A DNA stretch of 64,000 nucleotides. It comes from an uncultured Candidatus Rokubacteria bacterium. GTDB taxonomy: Bacteria > Methylomirabilota > Methylomirabilia > Rokubacteriales > CSP1-6. Below the pieces are notes generated by a model. It did not search any database, had not been told where the DNA came from, and saw only the letters and a program-made list of their open reading frames with translations. The first letter of the stretch is position 1; each line of letters starts with the position of its first letter. Of this stretch, positions 60,640 through 64,000 are shown in pieces. The stretch is taken from the NCBI GenBank assembly GCA_963754315.1, contig CAVWFS010000007.1:768001-832000 (forward strand). The letters are read 5' to 3'. Position numbers and translations under genes: made by a program.

Positions 60640-61689
60640 ATGGATCGCCGAATCATTCACATCGACATGGACGCCTTCTACGCCTCGGTGGAGCAGCGGG
60701 ATCACCCCGCGCTCGCGGGTCAGCCCGTCGTCGTCGGCAGTAGCTCGCGGCGTGCCGTGGTGGCGGCCGCGTCGTACGAAGCGCGCAGGTTCGGGATCCG
60801 CTCCGCCATGCCGATGTTCCGCGCCCGGCGACTGTGTCCCGAGCTGGTAATTGTCGACGCGCGGATGGATCACTACCGTGACGTGTCCGAGCGCATCCGG
60901 GCGATCCTGAGTCAGCACACGACGCTCATCGAACCGCTTGCCCTGGACGAGTGCTATCTCGACGTGAGCGAGCGGGCGGGCACGGTCACGGAAGCCGGCC
61001 AGCTGGCCCAGACCATGAAGGACGAGATCCGCCGGGACACAGGGCTGACCGCCTCCGCCGGGATCGCGCCCAACAAGTTCGCCGCCAAGATCGCCTCGGG
61101 CCTTCGCAAGCCCGACGGGCTCGTCGTGGTGCACGCTCACGACCTGGTCGACTTCCTCGCCCCGCTGCCGGTCTCCCGGATGTGGGGGGTCGGCCGGGTC
61201 ACCGAGCGTAAGCTCATCGCCGCCGGCATCCGGACCATCGGCGATCTGGCGCAGGCCGACCCGGCCTGGCTCCAAGCCCAGCTCGGCAAGCATGGGCCCC
61301 GAATGCACGCGTTCGCCCTCGGTCTCGACGACCGCGAGGTCCAGGTGTCGAGACAACCGAGGTCAGTGAGCAACGAGGCGACGTTCGAGGCTGACACGAC
61401 TGAGCTCGCCCTGCTCCATGAGCAGATTCGGAGCTTGGCGCGGACGGTGGCCGAACGCCTGCGGCGACGAGGCCTGTCGGGGCGAACGATCGTCCTGAAG
61501 TTGACCTACCGGAACTTCGAGCACATCTCTCGCCGGGCGACCCTTCTTCAGGCCACCGACGACGCGGAGACAATCGCCCTCGAAGCTCAGAGATTACTTG
61601 AACGCACCGAAGCGGGGGTGCGCCCGGTGCGGCTGCTCGGAATCGGGGTCACGACCCTCGGGACCGGGGGCCGCGCGACGGTCTCGTAG
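60640..61689 (+). CDS. dinB: DNA polymerase IV
   Basis: IIHIDMDAFYASVEQRD, ASYEARRFGIRSAMP, LDECYLD, NKFAAKIAS..RKPDG, WGVG. Confidence 0.95.
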   Translation: MDRRIIHIDMDAFYASVEQRDHPALAGQPVVVGSSSRRAVVAAASYEARRFGIRSAMPMFRARRLCPELVIVDARMDHYRDVSERIRAILSQHTTLIEPLALDECYLDVSERAGTVTEAGQLAQTMKDEIRRDTGLTASAGIAPNKFAAKIASGLRKPDGLVVVHAHDLVDFLAPLPVSRMWGVGRVTERKLIAAGIRTIGDLAQADPAWLQAQLGKHGPRMHAFALGLDDREVQVSRQPRSVSNEATFEADTTELALLHEQIRSLARTVAERLRRRGLSGRTIVLKLTYRNFEHISRRATLLQATDDAETIALEAQRLLERTEAGVRPVRLLGIGVTTLGTGGRATVS

Positions 61690-61792
61690 GCCTGGTGGGC
61701 TCGCACCCGCGGCGCGACTCCTAGGCAAGCGCCGGTTCGCGCGTTAGAGTGTTCGAGCGTCCGAAGCCGTCGCTGCTAAGGGAGGCGATCGA

Positions 61793-62969
61793 ATGTCGAA
61801 TGCGAGCCCGACCGCCCTGCTGCTGAATGCGGGGCACGCCCTCGATCATCTGTTCTTGCTGGTCTTCGCCACGGCGGTGGCCGCCATCGCCGCCGACTGG
61901 GGCATGCTCTGGCAGGATCTCATGCCGTATACCCTCGGTGCGTTCGTCATGTTCGGGATCGGGTCGCTCCCGGCAGGCCGGCTCGGTGATTTCTGGGGTC
62001 GGCGCGCGATGATGATCGTGTTCTTCCTCGGTATGGGGCTGACCGCTCTGTTGATAGCCGTCACGCAGACCGTGTGGCAGCTGGCGGGAGCGCTGACGTT
62101 GATGGGTGTCTTCTCCTCCATCTATCACCCGGTCGGCATCCCGATGATCGTCCAGCACTCGCGGAATCCCGGCTTTACCATCGGACTGAACGGGCTCGCA
62201 GGCAATCTCGGGATTGCGGGGGCAGCCATCCTCACGGGCTTCCTGGTCCAGGTCTCGGGCTGGCGCCTGGCCTTCGTGGTGCCCGGTCTGATCGCGCTGG
62301 TGTGTGGCGCCCTGTTCGCCATCCTTGTGCCACGAGAGGAATCGCCTCCGGCCAAGCGGCCGCCCCGCATGCTGGACATGCCGCGGGCACGTGATGATGC
62401 GTGCCTTCGTGGTGATGACCTTAGCCGCGATCTCGGGCAGCCTCATCTTCAACTTCACCACCAACGGCAACGGCCAGCTCCTGACGGAGCGTCTCGCTGG
62501 TGTGGTGGATGATCCGGCCAAGGTCGGCGTGCTGCTGGCCGTCGTCTACACCGTGGCCTCGTTCGCGCAGCTCGTGGTGGGAAAGCTCATCGACCGCTTC
62601 CCTCTCAAATGGGTGTACCTGCCGGTCGTGGCCGGCCAGGTGCCGCTCTTTCTGCTTGCGGCTCATGCCGAAGGCTGGGCCCTCTATGCGGTGGCGCTGG
62701 CGTTCATGGTGTTCGTGTTCGGGGCCATCCCGTTCATCGACGCCCTCATCGTCCGTTACGTGGACGACCGGATGCGCTCGCGCGTGACAGGGGTTCGCCT
62801 TGCCATCTCCTTCGGCGCCAGCTCGATAGCCGTCTATCTGCTGGGGCCGACAGTCAAGGCCGGAGGCTTCTCCACCCTGCTCCTCACCATGGCTGCCATC
62901 TCGGCCTGCACCACCCTGTTCGTCGTGTGGCTGCCCTCGGCTACGTCGGCTACCTCCGGCCGAGCATGA
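61793..62969 (+). CDS. MFS transporter; frameshift ~62385
   Basis: 'GRLGDFWGRR' motif A, SIYHPVG, second half 'GKLIDRFPLK'. Two overlapping ORFs together give a ~12-TM protein. Confidence 0.85.
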
Positions 62970-63035
62970 GTCGCGGGCAGCAGCACCCGCGCGAGCCTGA
63001 GCACTGCGTCGGCCCACACGTCGAGGAGAACGCCG

Positions 63036-63667
63036 ATGAAGTTCGGGGTCTTCATGGAGTTCGAAACCAAGGGTGCAGGCGGCCCGGCCCTCGCCTTCCA
63101 GCAGGGCTTCCACCTGGTGGACCTCGCCGAAGCCTGGGGACTGGACTGCGCGTGGCTTGGGGAGATGCACTTCTCCCCGGCGCGGTCCGTGTTGTCGGCA
63201 CCGGTGGCTGGAGATATCGATGATCTAAGGATTCACCTCGGTCGTACCGTCAAGCGTGGCGGCAGGCCGGTCATCCGGGCCACGGAGACGTCTGCCTCCG
63301 TATTCCGATCTACGCGGGGCCCACGGCCAAGGCCGCCCTGGAGGAGCCCTGCGAGAGTATCTCCTTCTATTTCAATCGCCAGGCCGATCTGGAGCGGGGG
63401 GGCGTGGGGCGTGCCGGCGCCGCGCCCGCTGAGCGCCTGCAAGCGCGCGTCGACACCCTGGCCGGACTCTCCTACGAGGAGATCCTCCGCAAGCGCGTGG
63501 CCTTCGGCACCGCCCCCGCGTTGATCGATCGTCTCGGCCAGCTCCGGGAAGAGCTTGGCCTGAGCGGTATCGCGGCCGAGCTGAACGCGGGCGGTCTTCT
63601 TTCTCCGGATCGAATCGAGCGCACCCTGCGCATCCTCACGCACGAGGTGATGCCGGCCTTCAAGTAG
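63036..63667 (+). pseudogene. LLM-class oxidoreductase with internal deletion and frameshifts
   Basis: 'AEAWGLDCAWLGEMHFSP.RSVLSAP' joins to 'AWRQAGHPG.GDVCLRIP...RVAFGT...EVMPAFK'. About 210 codons, versus ~330 for the intact LLM genes in this window. Confidence 0.65.
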
Positions 63668-63688
63668 CGCTGGCAGACCCGATGCCGT

Positions 63689-64000
63689 TCAGACGACGGC
63701 GGCGGCGCCTCCGTCGAAGTTGACCGATGCCCCCGTGATGAACCGTGCGCGCTCGGAGACCAGGAAAGCCGCGAGATCCGCGAACTCCTCCGCCTCGCCG
63801 ATACGGCCGACGGGGACCCGTCGCTGCTTCGCCATCTCGGCGTAGAAGGCCTCGAGGTCTCCACCTTTGAAGCGACGGGTCCACTGGGCACTCTTGACGA
63901 CGCCGAGACAGATGGTGTTCACACGGATGCCGTCAGCCGCGTATTCGTTGGCGAGCGACTTGGTCAGGTTGATCCCGGCCGCCCGCGTCACGGACGTCGG
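63689..64000 (-). CDS. SDR family oxidoreductase (partial, 5' end outside window)
   Basis: 'NLTKSLANE.A.DGIRVNTI', 'PVGRIGEAEE.A..AAFL.S..A.FITG....DGG'. Confidence 0.88.
   Translation of the reverse strand, partial: PTSVTRAAGINLTKSLANEYAADGIRVNTICLGVVKSAQWTRRFKGGDLEAFYAEMAKQRRVPVGRIGEAEEFADLAAFLVSERARFITGASVNFDGGAAAVV

Overview
High-GC bacterial DNA. The gene content (several LLM oxidoreductases, Fe3+/polyamine-type ABC, TAXI, PrpD, multiheme cytochromes, diderm envelope proteins) is compatible with a Rokubacteria/Methylomirabilota-like soil organism, which is inference only. Many genes are split by single-base frameshifts, most likely long-read indel errors. The core of the window (about 14.8-39.3 kb) is a divergent two-arm redox locus. 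Left arm: outer-membrane beta-barrel, a ~10-heme/LVIVD beta-propeller protein, a tetraheme c554-like protein and soluble transhydrogenase SthA, followed by an FHA-GAF adenylate/guanylate cyclase, a PP2C phosphatase and a ~2,470-aa repeat-rich Ser/Thr kinase. Right arm: fused NuoE-NuoF diaphorase, a NuoG-N/2x cNMP-binding/polyferredoxin fusion, a His-rich membrane protein, a decaheme cytochrome, a DUF4214-like/tandem GlcG heme-binding protein and a JmjC oxygenase. Together these look like a cyclic-nucleotide-gated electron conduit between NAD(H) and the cell surface with no hydrogenase or formate-dehydrogenase catalytic subunit. A DUF4062(TIR-like)-iSTAND/MoxR/vWA-OmpA ternary conflict system sits between the arms. 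Downstream are ald, sahR-ahcY with a visible palindromic operator, an ABC transporter, a Rho lacking its N-terminal RNA-binding domain, a DUF2868/GTPase/TPR-SLOG operon, LLM oxidoreductases, dinB and an MFS transporter. No rRNA, tRNA, CRISPR array or transposase was recognised.
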